Virus record (IMG/VR): IMGVR_UViG_3300025398_000930
Reading direction: 5' to 3' (one strand)
Length of the DNA: 59,388 nucleotides
Source of the DNA: an uncultured virus (IMG/VR IMGVR_UViG_3300025398_000930)
Taxonomy: Duplodnaviria > Heunggongvirae > Uroviricota > Caudoviricetes
In this document: positions 19,279-28,735 of the stretch, in pieces
How the letters are laid out: the number at the start of each line of letters is the position of its first letter
Position numbering within the stretch: position 1 is the first letter of the stretch
Made by a program: the position numbers and the translations under genes
Notes under the pieces: model-generated
The model's input: the letters and a program-made list of their open reading frames with translations, nothing else
Told to the model about the DNA's origin: nothing
The model's database searches: none

Positions 19279-20085
19279 ATGAGCGATATTGATCCTAAAA
19301 CAACTCTATTCATTTCTGATGATTTCGTGTTCTATACATTAGAAGGCGAAGGCCGTTATATCGGTTACCCTTCAGTGTTTATGAGAATGGCTATGTGTAA
19401 CTTGACCTGTATTGGTTTCAAGAGTGATGACTCACCAAACGGTTGTGATAGTTACATTAGCTGGTCTAAAAAGAACAAAATGACGTTTGAAGAAGTAGCT
19501 CAGTTGTTCGAAAAGAACGATTACCATGAACGTTTAAAAGAAGGTGCATTACTTAAACTGACCGGTGGTGAGCCATTTATTCAGCAAAAGAACTTATTAT
19601 TATTTGTTAAGTTTATTAGAGATCGCTGGGGTTTTGCTAATTTCGGTAGAACGCTCACTTCTGATGATATTGGTAGACCACAGCTACATATTGACTTTGA
19701 AACTAATGGCACTATTATGCCAGATGAAGAATGGTCTCGTATTGGTTGTAAAGTAACTTATACTACCTCTCCTAAAATGTCTAATAATGGTGACCCAGCT
19801 GATAAACGCTTTAAACCAGAAGTATTACGTTATTTGGTAGTAAATGATGCATGCTTTAAGTTCGTAGCTAAACAAGAATCAGACTTAACTGAAGTGTTAG
19901 AGAACTATCTTAACAATCCTGACATTGGTTTACCTTCACAACAAGTATGGATTATGCCTATGTGTGGTAGTCGTAAAGAACTATTAGAGGTAGGACCTGT
20001 AGTAGCTGAACTCTGTAAGAAATATAATTTTAAATTCTCGAACAGAATGCACCTGCAGGTCTGGGATCGCGCACTCAAGGTTTAA
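19279..20085 (+). CDS. queE: 7-carboxy-7-deazaguanine synthase (radical SAM QueE)
   Basis: TLEGEGRYIGYPSVFMR..CNLTC...CDS, LTGGEP, ETNGT, SPK, RMHLQVW. Confidence 0.9.
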   Translation: MSDIDPKTTLFISDDFVFYTLEGEGRYIGYPSVFMRMAMCNLTCIGFKSDDSPNGCDSYISWSKKNKMTFEEVAQLFEKNDYHERLKEGALLKLTGGEPFIQQKNLLLFVKFIRDRWGFANFGRTLTSDDIGRPQLHIDFETNGTIMPDEEWSRIGCKVTYTTSPKMSNNGDPADKRFKPEVLRYLVVNDACFKFVAKQESDLTEVLENYLNNPDIGLPSQQVWIMPMCGSRKELLEVGPVVAELCKKYNFKFSNRMHLQVWDRALKV

Positions 20086-20088
20086 TAT

Positions 20089-20250
20089 ATGAACGACATT
20101 CCTGATCCTAAAAAACATAAAAACATTAGTATTATCAAAAGCATTATTCGTATTATTGCGGGTACTTGTCTTTGCTTTGGTGCTTTCTGGGTTACCGGTA
20201 TATTACTAATCGTAGCGGAAATACTCGGTATTATTGAAGAAATGGTATAA
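20089..20250 (+). CDS. Small membrane protein (53 aa)
   Basis: Below the track threshold; translated by hand as MNDIPDPKKHKNISIIKSIIRIIAGTCLCFGAFWVTGILLIVAEILGIIEEMV; fills the gap after queE exactly. Confidence 0.6.
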   Translation: MNDIPDPKKHKNISIIKSIIRIIAGTCLCFGAFWVTGILLIVAEILGIIEEMV

Positions 20251-20253
20251 TAT

Positions 20254-20481
20254 ATGAAACAAGAAATAAAATTCACATATACGTTAGAGCATACTAATGA
20301 CGATATTAATGTCAGTGTGCCTCGTAAGATTGAAATTATATTTGACGGTCAAGCCGACTTAGAGGAACTAACAGAGCAGTTTAACGCTTTTGTTAAAGCT
20401 ATAGGTTACAACCCACCTCACAATTGTGTACTTGATTGGGTAGATGTGGAAACCGGTCAACCACCTGAAGATGATGAATGA
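20254..20481 (+). CDS. Hypothetical protein
   Basis: ORF 75 aa, ...FNAFVKAIGY... Confidence 0.55.
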   Translation: MKQEIKFTYTLEHTNDDINVSVPRKIEIIFDGQADLEELTEQFNAFVKAIGYNPPHNCVLDWVDVETGQPPEDDE

Positions 20482-20518
20482 GGTTGCTAATATTAATGTA
20501 AAGCGTAAATTTTAATAA

Positions 20519-21229
20519 ATGAGCTCTTCTAAACTTAAAAAAGTCGGCATTATCGGTACTCAATGTGTGGGTAAGTCTACGCTTGTAGCAGATTTTAAAG
20601 AAAAGTGGCCAGTATTTGAATCCCCTACCAAAACATATAGAGATTTGGTTAAAAAGAAGAAATTACCTCTCAATAAAGAAGCCACTAAAGAGTCTCAAGA
20701 AGAAATTCTTAACTTTCTTGTTGACGAAGCTATGGCTAATTACGGTAAAAAGAAAATGATTTTTGACCGTACACCTTTAGATAATTTAGTATATTCATTG
20801 TATTTGTTCGATAAAGGGTTGGGTGGTATAGATGAAGAGTTTATCGATAAGTGCGTTGCGTTAGTTCGTAACGCAATGAGTTCATATTCTGTTATTTTTT
20901 ATCTACCATTCTGTAAAGAAAACGACGTGTTATTAACAGCAGCACCTAATAGAGATATAGATCCTGTATACCGTTCAGAGATTGGACATATATTCGAAGG
21001 GATTTATAAAGCCTGGGAAAAGGGTACGGGTACGCGTTTCTTTAATCATGATGACTGCCCACCAATTATTCCTATATTTGGTAGCAGACAAGAGCGTATA
21101 GCTATGATTAGTCTTTACATTAATGATAAGGGTGATTTATATGGTGAGGATGAATCCGTTGTCAAGGATTTCTTACAGCAAGAGTTCTTAGAGAAGAACT
21201 TGATAGAACCAATGAAAAAAATGAAATAA
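20519..21229 (+). CDS. P-loop nucleotide/nucleoside kinase-like ATPase (AAA_28/NadR/dNK-like)
   Basis: GIIGTQCVGKST Walker A; IFDRTPLD motif. Confidence 0.7.
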   Translation: MSSSKLKKVGIIGTQCVGKSTLVADFKEKWPVFESPTKTYRDLVKKKKLPLNKEATKESQEEILNFLVDEAMANYGKKKMIFDRTPLDNLVYSLYLFDKGLGGIDEEFIDKCVALVRNAMSSYSVIFYLPFCKENDVLLTAAPNRDIDPVYRSEIGHIFEGIYKAWEKGTGTRFFNHDDCPPIIPIFGSRQERIAMISLYINDKGDLYGEDESVVKDFLQQEFLEKNLIEPMKKMK

Positions 21230-21267
21230 AACTTGCCTTAAATTGTGTAAGTAATCATATTAATAGT

Positions 21268-21915
21268 ATGAATTTTAACAAGTTTGCAAATATCATTAAC
21301 GAGTCTTTAACGGTTGGTGAAGAAGTAGAAGGTCGTAATCCTAATGCTTCTTTTGCTGCATGGAAAGCAGCTAATCCTGAATTAGCTACAGGTCCAAGTG
21401 CATATTACCATTATAAGAAATCTCAAAAGGGCGATGTAACTCCAGTTGCTAAAGCACCAGCTGTAGCACGTGAAATTGATATTGATCCTCGCAAACAAGA
21501 AATCGTAGATCAGTTAGTTGATCAAGGTCTCACACCTCAAGAAATTTACAAGCATCTTGTAAACACACTTCCAGGTGAAACACCTTTCGAAGGTAGCCTT
21601 AAGGATGTAATGAGCATGGTAGCATTAGCTAAAGGTGAAGAAGGCGGAGAAGGTGGAGAAGTAGAACCTGAATTTAATCCAGAAGCTGAAAAAGCTGCTA
21701 AGATGGCTCGTTTACGTAAGTTCTTTATGAAGCCAAAAGCTGAGCGTGACCGTATTTTAGCTGCAAAACGTAAAGCTGCAGAGGTTGCTCCTAAGGTAGA
21801 TAAAGACGAAGATGAAGACGGGGTAGAAGCCGATCCTTATGTTTCCCATTATGTAAAGGCTATGAAAAAGAGCCCTTATGATGCTGATGAAACAGATCCA
21901 GTAGAGGTTGATTAA
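21268..21915 (+). CDS. Hypothetical acidic protein (candidate head-internal protein)
   Basis: ORF 215 aa; MNFNKFANIINES; TAAGTA upstream. Confidence 0.6.
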   Translation: MNFNKFANIINESLTVGEEVEGRNPNASFAAWKAANPELATGPSAYYHYKKSQKGDVTPVAKAPAVAREIDIDPRKQEIVDQLVDQGLTPQEIYKHLVNTLPGETPFEGSLKDVMSMVALAKGEEGGEGGEVEPEFNPEAEKAAKMARLRKFFMKPKAERDRILAAKRKAAEVAPKVDKDEDEDGVEADPYVSHYVKAMKKSPYDADETDPVEVD

Positions 21916-22367
21916 TTACCTAAGAACTTTTCAGTCAAAACAATAAACTTCATTCCTTTTTTAGCCGCGTAATCACTCGCGGCTTTCCATTTGCACTGAT
22001 TCTGGTGATACATTAGATTCTCATACAATACAGTGCTTGTTTTCTTTTTATTAGATTGTACTGGTGGTTGTGTTTGAGCAAAGGGCTTTACCTCAATAAG
22101 ATATTTTTGTGTGTTACCTTGTTCATCTTTAATTGCTGCAACTAAATCTACATAATAACGATGTACTTTTTTATCAACATCATTATAATAAGGCACTATT
22201 ATTGATTCACTTGCCCATGCAGTAACATTAGGGTTGGTGTCAAAGTAGTAAAAAAACTTACGCTCCAGTAACGATCTATATGAAGGATTTGTATTGCCAA
22301 CATACTTCTGTCTATTTATTGGGTTATAAACCCCTTGAATATATTTGCTATTTTTCGAAGCGCCCAT
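21912..22367 (-). CDS. gp4: Head completion nuclease (T4 gp4-like, TnsA-type fold)
   Basis: QGVYNPINRQKYVG...YRSLLE..F...D....V..WASE...PY...HRYYVD...EVKP...NQCKWKAA. Confidence 0.85.
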   Translation of the reverse strand: MGASKNSKYIQGVYNPINRQKYVGNTNPSYRSLLERKFFYYFDTNPNVTAWASESIIVPYYNDVDKKVHRYYVDLVAAIKDEQGNTQKYLIEVKPFAQTQPPVQSNKKKTSTVLYENLMYHQNQCKWKAASDYAAKKGMKFIVLTEKFLGN

Positions 22368-22386
22368 AACATATAATTACAACGTC

Positions 22387-23430
22387 GTGCCAATATCTCA
22401 AAATTTAGTTATTCGTACCTTTTTTCAATACTGTAAAAGACCAGTATTTAAGAAGAGTACTGGCACGTATGCAGGAGAATGTCCGTATTGTCATGAAGGT
22501 AAGAGTGCTGGCAGGAAACGTAGATTCTTTTACATACCAGAAGAGGATCATTTATACTGTCATAACTGTAATCAGAGTAAGAATGGATTGGACTTCGTTA
22601 AAGATAGAACAGGTATGTCAATGCATGAGATTCTATCTGAATCCGAAGTTCATGCAGATACAGTAGAAGATATTATTAAGAAATCATCTTTATACAAGAA
22701 GTTTAACCCTAAAGCTTTACCGGATGATAGTATAAACCTTTACGACAATAATCAGGTATCATTTTACAAAGAAAACCGTGTAGTACAGGATGCTTTAGCG
22801 TTTATCAATAAGAGACGCTTAGATACAGCTATTAACAAACCAAGAGCTTTGTGGTTAAGTTTAACTGACTACACACACAAGAATAGGGTAGTGTTTCCTT
22901 TTTATTCAGCAGATAGTACAGCTAAAGTGGAACACTATCAATCCAGGGCTTTATATAAAGAAGACGAAAACAAGGCAAAGTACCTTTCCAAGGCAAATAG
23001 TGAGAAGGGTGTGTTTAACTTAGATAAGATAGAGCCCGACCTTGAATATATATTCCTTCAAGAAGGACCTATTGATGCTATGTTTTTACGTAATAGTGTA
23101 GCATTAGCTGGTATTCATCCAACAGAAGAACAACTACACAAAATTACAACTAAGTTTCCTTTTCATAAAATCGTTTATGTATTAGATAATCAGTGGTTAG
23201 ATAGGACTTCTCATAAAGTAACCAAAGAGTTGTTAGATAAAGATCAATGTGTGTTTATCTGGCCTGAATCTCTTATTAGATTTAAAGACTTAAACGATCT
23301 TTGCGTGCATACCCAAAAAGACGAAATCAAACCTGATTTTATTATTAAAAATATGCATTGCGGTATGAAGGGGTTATTATATTATTCACAAATTAAATGC
23401 AAACAAAATAAAAACTTTATTAAAATATAA
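22387..23430 (+). CDS. gp61: DNA primase (gp61-like)
   Basis: Zinc finger CPYC...CHNC; Toprim EGPIDAMF, LDN, KDLND; start placed at GTG 22387. Confidence 0.9.
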   Translation: MPISQNLVIRTFFQYCKRPVFKKSTGTYAGECPYCHEGKSAGRKRRFFYIPEEDHLYCHNCNQSKNGLDFVKDRTGMSMHEILSESEVHADTVEDIIKKSSLYKKFNPKALPDDSINLYDNNQVSFYKENRVVQDALAFINKRRLDTAINKPRALWLSLTDYTHKNRVVFPFYSADSTAKVEHYQSRALYKEDENKAKYLSKANSEKGVFNLDKIEPDLEYIFLQEGPIDAMFLRNSVALAGIHPTEEQLHKITTKFPFHKIVYVLDNQWLDRTSHKVTKELLDKDQCVFIWPESLIRFKDLNDLCVHTQKDEIKPDFIIKNMHCGMKGLLYYSQIKCKQNKNFIKI

Positions 23431-24125
23431 TGCAGACAAGACTTATTGCAGTAACTCAGCCATTAATTAAAAGAATAGTCACACCAGAGGGCACTTTAAA
23501 CCAACCGTACTTAACCGCGGAGGAATTTATTGTGTACTGTGCCAGAGTAAGTAATCCAAGTAATCAAAATAACGTTGAAACAGGTCCACGGCTTTTGCGT
23601 TATTGCGTAAAAAACCACCACTGGAGTATTTTTGAACAGGTTTCCTGTACGTTTCAAATCATTACGTCCCGAGCTATTGCAGCACAAATATTAAGACACC
23701 GCTCGTTTACGTTTCAAGAGTTTAGTCAGCGTTATGCATCAGCAACAGATTTTGAACCTATTGAATGGCGTAAACAAGGTAAAACTAATAGACAAGCAGG
23801 AGATGAACCTGTTACATTATCTGAACATTTACAGTTTAACATAGAGCAGTTACAGCTACATATCAAAAATACATATGAACAGTTAGTAAAAGAAGGTGTA
23901 GCTAAAGAGGTAGCTCGTATGATACTACCTCTTAACACTCAGACCACTATCTATATGACAGGTACATTACGTAGCTGGGTACATTATCTTGATTTACGCT
24001 GTGCAAAAGAAACTCAAAAAGAGCATAGACTGATAGCTTTAGACATAAAAAAACGTCTCGAGGAAGAATTCCCAGAGACGTTTAAAGTGCTAAATGAGAT
24101 TAACGAGGCGAGTAAACGTCTTTAA
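23430..24125 (+). CDS. thyX: Flavin-dependent thymidylate synthase
   Basis: ARVSNP, HWSIFE, QILRHRSFTFQEFSQRY, EVARMILP. Confidence 0.95.
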   Translation: MQTRLIAVTQPLIKRIVTPEGTLNQPYLTAEEFIVYCARVSNPSNQNNVETGPRLLRYCVKNHHWSIFEQVSCTFQIITSRAIAAQILRHRSFTFQEFSQRYASATDFEPIEWRKQGKTNRQAGDEPVTLSEHLQFNIEQLQLHIKNTYEQLVKEGVAKEVARMILPLNTQTTIYMTGTLRSWVHYLDLRCAKETQKEHRLIALDIKKRLEEEFPETFKVLNEINEASKRL

Positions 24126-24927
24126 TCTTCTTTTCAGAAGTAATAACTACTGACTTAAACACTTCTGCTAAACCGCGTAGATTTTCAGCTAATTTAGTAA
24201 TACGCTTTTCTTCACGACGTACAATACCACGGAAAGGAACTGAATTCTTAATTTCTAATTGATTGATTTGAGTGTTTAAGCTTTCTGGCCCTGTACCGTT
24301 AATAAAGTGTGCCATCTCTTCAAGCTTTTGAATCCATTCATGAGCTGCTTGAATACCAGTTGTGTCAATAGTATGTTGTGGATTATCTGGTGTTTCAAAA
24401 TCTTTTGGATTTGTACCTTTGTCTAATGACTTTTCCCAAGCTGCTGTGTCATCGTTTTGTGCTGGTGCATCAGCTGCAGGGGCTTCCATTACATTTTCTT
24501 TTAATCCTTTTATGTTCTTTGCAAATTGTGCCATGTGCTTTACATGAGAATTTTTGCTATGTAAAGCTTTGTTTAACTTAGCTGCTGGAATCTTTTCACC
24601 TTGTTTTACATGTAATGCTTTATGTAGACCGCCTTTTTTAGCATGAGCATGCTGGATCCATTTTTTATCTTCTGGAATTGTACCAGTAGTATTGGTAATT
24701 TCTTTACCGTCTACTTTAGCCTTTTCACCTTTTTTAGTGCTATGTAATGCACCAGTAAAAGCATTACCTTCTTTATCTTCAGGTATTGTACCGGTGGTGT
24801 TAGTTACTTCTTTACCACCCACTTTAGCTTTTTCACCCTTTTTAGTATTGTGTAAAGCACCGGTAAAAGCATTACCTTCTGTTTCTTCACTAAGAGCTTT
24901 CAAAAATTTATTTGCAAACGTAGACAT
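24100..24927 (-). CDS. Hypothetical protein with a 36-aa tandem duplication and a basic His/Lys-rich module
   Basis: ORF 275 aa; TAAATA upstream; convergent overlap with thyX. Confidence 0.65.
   Translation of the reverse strand: MSTFANKFLKALSEETEGNAFTGALHNTKKGEKAKVGGKEVTNTTGTIPEDKEGNAFTGALHSTKKGEKAKVDGKEITNTTGTIPEDKKWIQHAHAKKGGLHKALHVKQGEKIPAAKLNKALHSKNSHVKHMAQFAKNIKGLKENVMEAPAADAPAQNDDTAAWEKSLDKGTNPKDFETPDNPQHTIDTTGIQAAHEWIQKLEEMAHFINGTGPESLNTQINQLEIKNSVPFRGIVRREEKRITKLAENLRGLAEVFKSVVITSEKKIKDVYSPR
24664..24879 (-). repeat. Two tandem in-frame copies of a 108-bp unit
   Basis: EGNAFTGALHNTKKGEKAKVGGKEVTNTTGTIPEDK / EGNAFTGALHSTKKGEKAKVDGKEITNTTGTIPEDK. Confidence 0.9.
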
Positions 24928-24953
24928 ATATACATATTATTTATCAAATCACA

Positions 24954-24981
24954 TTGAATTTTCTCATTTATAACTTAAAAT
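24954..24981 (+). promoter_or_regulatory. Sigma70-like promoter for queC and the amidotransferase gene
   Basis: TTGAAT-N16-TAAAAT, 6 nt before ATG. Confidence 0.6.
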
Positions 24982-24987
24982 ACACAT

Positions 24988-25710
24988 ATGAATAAAGCAT
25001 TAGTTATATTATCAGGCGGTATGGATAGCACTGTGTTACTACACTATGTAACTAAAACACTTAAGCATGATGAAGTATACGCCGTTACGTTTAATTATGG
25101 TCAACGGATTGCTCGAGAAATCGATTGTGCAAGGTTTCAAGCTAAAGCATGCAATGTTAAAGAGCATAAAGTCATTGATATGGATTTCTTTAGAGATATC
25201 TCTACTATGTCTGCATTAACTAATAAAGACTTAAAGATACCAAAAGCTAAAGATGATATTGGTAACGCTCAACCTTTAAGTTATGTTCCTTTTAGAAACC
25301 TATTATTATTAACGAGTGCAGCAGGTTGGGCTGAATCTATTGGTGCACAAGACCTGTTTTATGGTGCTGTAGAAACCGATGACTTTAGTGGCTATTGGGA
25401 TTGTACTTCAATGTTTTTAAATAAAGTTAATGACATTTACGGTCTTAATCGCAAGAATACTATTAAGGTTAATGCGCCGTTTATGCGTTATTCTAAAGAA
25501 GAAGTAATTAAGACTGGTATTGACTTAAAAGTAGACTTTAGACAAACACATACCTGTTACGAAGGTACTGATCCTGCTTGCGGTGAATGTGTATCGTGTG
25601 CTGCACGTATCAAAGGTTTTATTGACAACAAAGCTATTGACCCTATTAAATATTCACGTAATATTCCTTGGGAACAATACGATTGCAAACCTTTAACTTA
25701 TTTAACATAA
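24988..25710 (+). CDS. queC: 7-cyano-7-deazaguanine synthase
   Basis: LSGGMDS PP-loop, FNYGQR, YVPFRN, YWDC, THTCYEGTDPACGECVSCAAR zinc site. Confidence 0.93.
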   Translation: MNKALVILSGGMDSTVLLHYVTKTLKHDEVYAVTFNYGQRIAREIDCARFQAKACNVKEHKVIDMDFFRDISTMSALTNKDLKIPKAKDDIGNAQPLSYVPFRNLLLLTSAAGWAESIGAQDLFYGAVETDDFSGYWDCTSMFLNKVNDIYGLNRKNTIKVNAPFMRYSKEEVIKTGIDLKVDFRQTHTCYEGTDPACGECVSCAARIKGFIDNKAIDPIKYSRNIPWEQYDCKPLTYLT

Positions 25711-25711
25711 C

Positions 25712-26368
25712 ATGTGCGGTATAGCTGGTTCAAAATATAAAGATAAAGCTTTTAACCTGTACAAAGATAATCTTACAAGAGGTTATTATAGTTCAGGCGC
25801 ATTAACATTAGACTCTAATGATCAATACCACATACATAAAACTGAAGGTATTTTTAACGAACCTATAGACTATTTTAACCCGCCGGGTATAGACACTCAT
25901 GGTCGCTACTTTTTATATCATTCTCGTGGCCCTACTGTTGAAACAAAATCATTTGAAGCAATTAACAATCACCCGTTCACATATGGCGATTGGATTGTGG
26001 CTCATAACGGTATTATTAGTAATTTTGAGAGTTTGTGTAGAGAGTATTTTCCTGACGAAGATTTTACCGGTAGAACTGACAGTTGTATTATACCGCGTAT
26101 GTTAGAAATAAAGATAAAAGTATCAGAAGCTATGGAATCTCTTAAAGGTACATATGCTATATGGGCTTTTAATAACAAACACAAGAAAACTTACTTAGCC
26201 AGAAGTGCGAGTACATTATTTGCTAATCCAGTTACAGGGTGTTTTTCGTCTACCGAGTTTGAAGGTAGTGAATCCTTAAAAGAGGGAATTGTATACACAT
26301 TACAAGATTACAATAGTATAGTGCCTGCAGGTAGATTTAAGCACAAGTCTCCATACTTTGTATTCTAA
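25712..26368 (+). CDS. Class II (Ntn) glutamine amidotransferase
   Basis: N-terminal MCGIAG, HSR.PT, NNHPF, AHNGII, TDS; starts 1 nt after queC. Confidence 0.85.
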   Translation: MCGIAGSKYKDKAFNLYKDNLTRGYYSSGALTLDSNDQYHIHKTEGIFNEPIDYFNPPGIDTHGRYFLYHSRGPTVETKSFEAINNHPFTYGDWIVAHNGIISNFESLCREYFPDEDFTGRTDSCIIPRMLEIKIKVSEAMESLKGTYAIWAFNNKHKKTYLARSASTLFANPVTGCFSSTEFEGSESLKEGIVYTLQDYNSIVPAGRFKHKSPYFVF

Positions 26369-26378
26369 GTATAGGGAA

Positions 26379-26747
26379 ATGGCTTTAAGAAAAACATCAG
26401 ACCGTAATACCGCTATAGACTATATTAACAGGGATATAGTTAACGTAAAAGAAGATCTTGCCAATATTAGTAAGATTGTACGGGATGGTAATGGCCACCC
26501 AAGTTTAATGCAACAAGTTGCAACAATTAATAATGACTTGTTACATTTAAGAGCAGAAATAGATAGTCGCTTTAACGAAAACCGTGACTTAATGGAAGTA
26601 TATCACAACGAAATATACACTACTGTAAACAAATGCGAGGCCAAACATAAAGAAAAGCAAGGCTTACATTGGCACATGCAAACAGCTATTTGGGTTGCTT
26701 TAATAAGTAGTGTTACCGATCTTTTAATTCATTTTTTCGGTAAATAG
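26379..26747 (+). CDS. Hypothetical coiled-coil protein with a C-terminal hydrophobic helix
   Basis: Start placed at ATG 26379 after TAAGTA; ends TAIWVALISSVTDLLIHFFGK. Confidence 0.5.
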   Translation: MALRKTSDRNTAIDYINRDIVNVKEDLANISKIVRDGNGHPSLMQQVATINNDLLHLRAEIDSRFNENRDLMEVYHNEIYTTVNKCEAKHKEKQGLHWHMQTAIWVALISSVTDLLIHFFGK

Positions 26748-26787
26748 AGTAGATTTGTTAAGAGAAGTAGCTATACTCTTCTTATAT

Positions 26788-27051
26788 ATGAAGGGTATAC
26801 AATTAACTATAGAAGAAAAACAACTACTGGTAGAAGCTTTATTATTTTCCAGCATTACAGATATCTGTGCAGAGTGGACACCAAAACAAAATCAGATAAT
26901 GGTTGATCTTGCTAAGAAACTCAACAATACTGACGTTAAACTTAACAACATTTATTTGTTTGAGGGTGGCCCGTTTGACAATCCGGTGTTAGCTGAGAAC
27001 ACTAAGAAAGCATTTACCAATCTTCCTTGCAGTAGTGTTATTACTGACTAA
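26788..27051 (+). CDS. Hypothetical protein
   Basis: Start placed at MKGIQL (26788), after TAGATT-N16-TATACT. Confidence 0.5.
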   Translation: MKGIQLTIEEKQLLVEALLFSSITDICAEWTPKQNQIMVDLAKKLNNTDVKLNNIYLFEGGPFDNPVLAENTKKAFTNLPCSSVITD

Positions 27052-27731
27052 TGAACGTATATCTTAGTTTTTGTTCTACCGCTACTTCGTATTCTGATTT
27101 AAAAAACAGAAATAAAAACACTATTGTAAACAGCGAAAGTTTAAATGGTGTTACAGTTACAAACGGGGTTTTTAATAATAAAACCTCTATAGCTAAAGTT
27201 TATAACTCTTATATTGATACATACAAAAATGAAGACTGTATATTGGTTTTAGCTCACGATGATGTTCTTATTACTGATAAGAACTGGTTAACTAAAATTA
27301 AACAAGGTCTTGACAAGTACGATGTAGTAGGGTTAGCTGGTGGTAGTGACGCTACTATCAGACAGCCTTGTTTATGGCACATTATGTGTCCAAGAGATAC
27401 TCATAGCGGTACGGTAGGTCACACCATAGACAATAAAACATTTAAAACACACTTTGGTAAACCAGGTAGGGTATTATTGCTTGACGGTTTGTTTTTAGCA
27501 TTCAACCCTAAAAAGATCGCTGCTGCTGGAGTTAGATTTGATGAATCGTGCCCGGCTAAGTTTCATTTTTATGATATTGATTTTAGCTTACAGTGTAACA
27601 AAGCTAAATTAAAACTCGGTACCTTTAATATTGACGTTATACATGCCTCTCCTGGGCTTAAATCTTACACTAAAGATTGGCTTGATGGTCAAGACTGGTT
27701 TATAAACAAATTTAACCGTGGAGAATATTAA
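27051..27731 (+). CDS. Glycosyltransferase, GT2-like
   Basis: SIAKVYN, LAHDDV, VVGLAG, LDGLFLA, FDE...FHFYDID. Confidence 0.75.
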   Translation: MNVYLSFCSTATSYSDLKNRNKNTIVNSESLNGVTVTNGVFNNKTSIAKVYNSYIDTYKNEDCILVLAHDDVLITDKNWLTKIKQGLDKYDVVGLAGGSDATIRQPCLWHIMCPRDTHSGTVGHTIDNKTFKTHFGKPGRVLLLDGLFLAFNPKKIAAAGVRFDESCPAKFHFYDIDFSLQCNKAKLKLGTFNIDVIHASPGLKSYTKDWLDGQDWFINKFNRGEY

Positions 27732-27752
27732 AATTTATATTAACATACAATT

Positions 27753-28334
27753 ATGATTATTACAGACCAAAAAATATACAACGGCGATTTCATACACAAG
27801 CGTTTTGCTTATAAGTATTTTAGAGATCGTACTTTACCTATCGGTAATATTGTTAGCTTTGTTGCTCCGGTTGAAGTAACTATTAATCTTATTGATTTAG
27901 AAGACTCATTAGAGAAGGATTATATCTATAGTGATTCTATGATTAACTTCTGTTGGGAAATACCTAACTTAGACCCGTTTGGTGCAGTATGCTTTCAGCG
28001 CTTATTTAACACCTCAATAGCTAATATTCTTCATAAGATTATTAACAAGCCTATTGAAATGAAGGGTGATGATATTATGGTGCATGCTGAATTTACACAA
28101 GGCGGAGTAGTACAACAAAAAGGCAAAGCATCAGTTAGTATTACGTACTCAAAAGACAATGTATCTATTGGACACACCGGGGTTAACTTAGTAGCCGGTA
28201 AACAAGCACCTGCATTTGCTTTTAGTACAAATTTAACTCCAGAACAAACAGTTAAATTCCAGAATGCAGTTATTGATCAGTTTTATAGCATGGTAGACAA
28301 TATTTTTATTGCTACAACTAAGATTACTGTTTAA
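27753..28334 (+). CDS. DUF366-like protein (biotin/lipoate ligase-like fold)
   Basis: Y.G..IH..FAY......GNIVSF..P..V....IDLED......IYSD.M..F..E, FQRL, GDDI, GKASVSI, GHTGVN; family recognised from memory. Confidence 0.65.
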   Translation: MIITDQKIYNGDFIHKRFAYKYFRDRTLPIGNIVSFVAPVEVTINLIDLEDSLEKDYIYSDSMINFCWEIPNLDPFGAVCFQRLFNTSIANILHKIINKPIEMKGDDIMVHAEFTQGGVVQQKGKASVSITYSKDNVSIGHTGVNLVAGKQAPAFAFSTNLTPEQTVKFQNAVIDQFYSMVDNIFIATTKITV

Positions 28335-28735
28335 TGTTCGAATATTTAAACAAAATACTTTTTAAGACTAAGGGACTTGATACTTCTAATATTGACGAAG
28401 TAAAAGAGTTTCAACCTTATTTGATACAGCGGTGGTGCTCTATGTATTCACCGCAAGTATCTAATCTTGTTAACCAGACAAGCAATAGAGTGTGGCCAGT
28501 ATTAGATAATAATACTGCATGGTTTAATTATTTACATGGAGTTATACCTGCATGTAAATTTAAACGCACTTCTTATATAAAGAAGAAAAAAGAAACTGAA
28601 TCCGTTACTAATAGTAAACAAGCTGTAAAGACCCTTGCCAATCACCTTGAAATTTCAGCAAGAGAAGTAAATCAATATATAGAATTATTTAATTTAAAAT
28701 TACCAAATGAAAAAAAGCCTACAACACAAGATTGA
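28334..28735 (+). CDS. gp62: Clamp loader small subunit (gp62-like)
   Basis: MFEYLNKI...FQPYLIQRWCSM...N..N...YIKK...LA.HLEIS.RE...Y. Confidence 0.65.
   Translation: MFEYLNKILFKTKGLDTSNIDEVKEFQPYLIQRWCSMYSPQVSNLVNQTSNRVWPVLDNNTAWFNYLHGVIPACKFKRTSYIKKKKETESVTNSKQAVKTLANHLEISAREVNQYIELFNLKLPNEKKPTTQD

Noticed and set aside
20082..20276. Track ORF on the minus strand after queE
   Set aside because: The plus-strand 53-aa ORF (20089-20250) fits the operon spacing and orientation better
24988..26368. queC plus amidotransferase as a QatABCD-type or CBASS-associated defence module
   Set aside because: QueC is canonical in size and motifs, queD and queE are present, and no QatA ATPase, TatD or cyclase gene is adjacent; biosynthesis is the simpler reading
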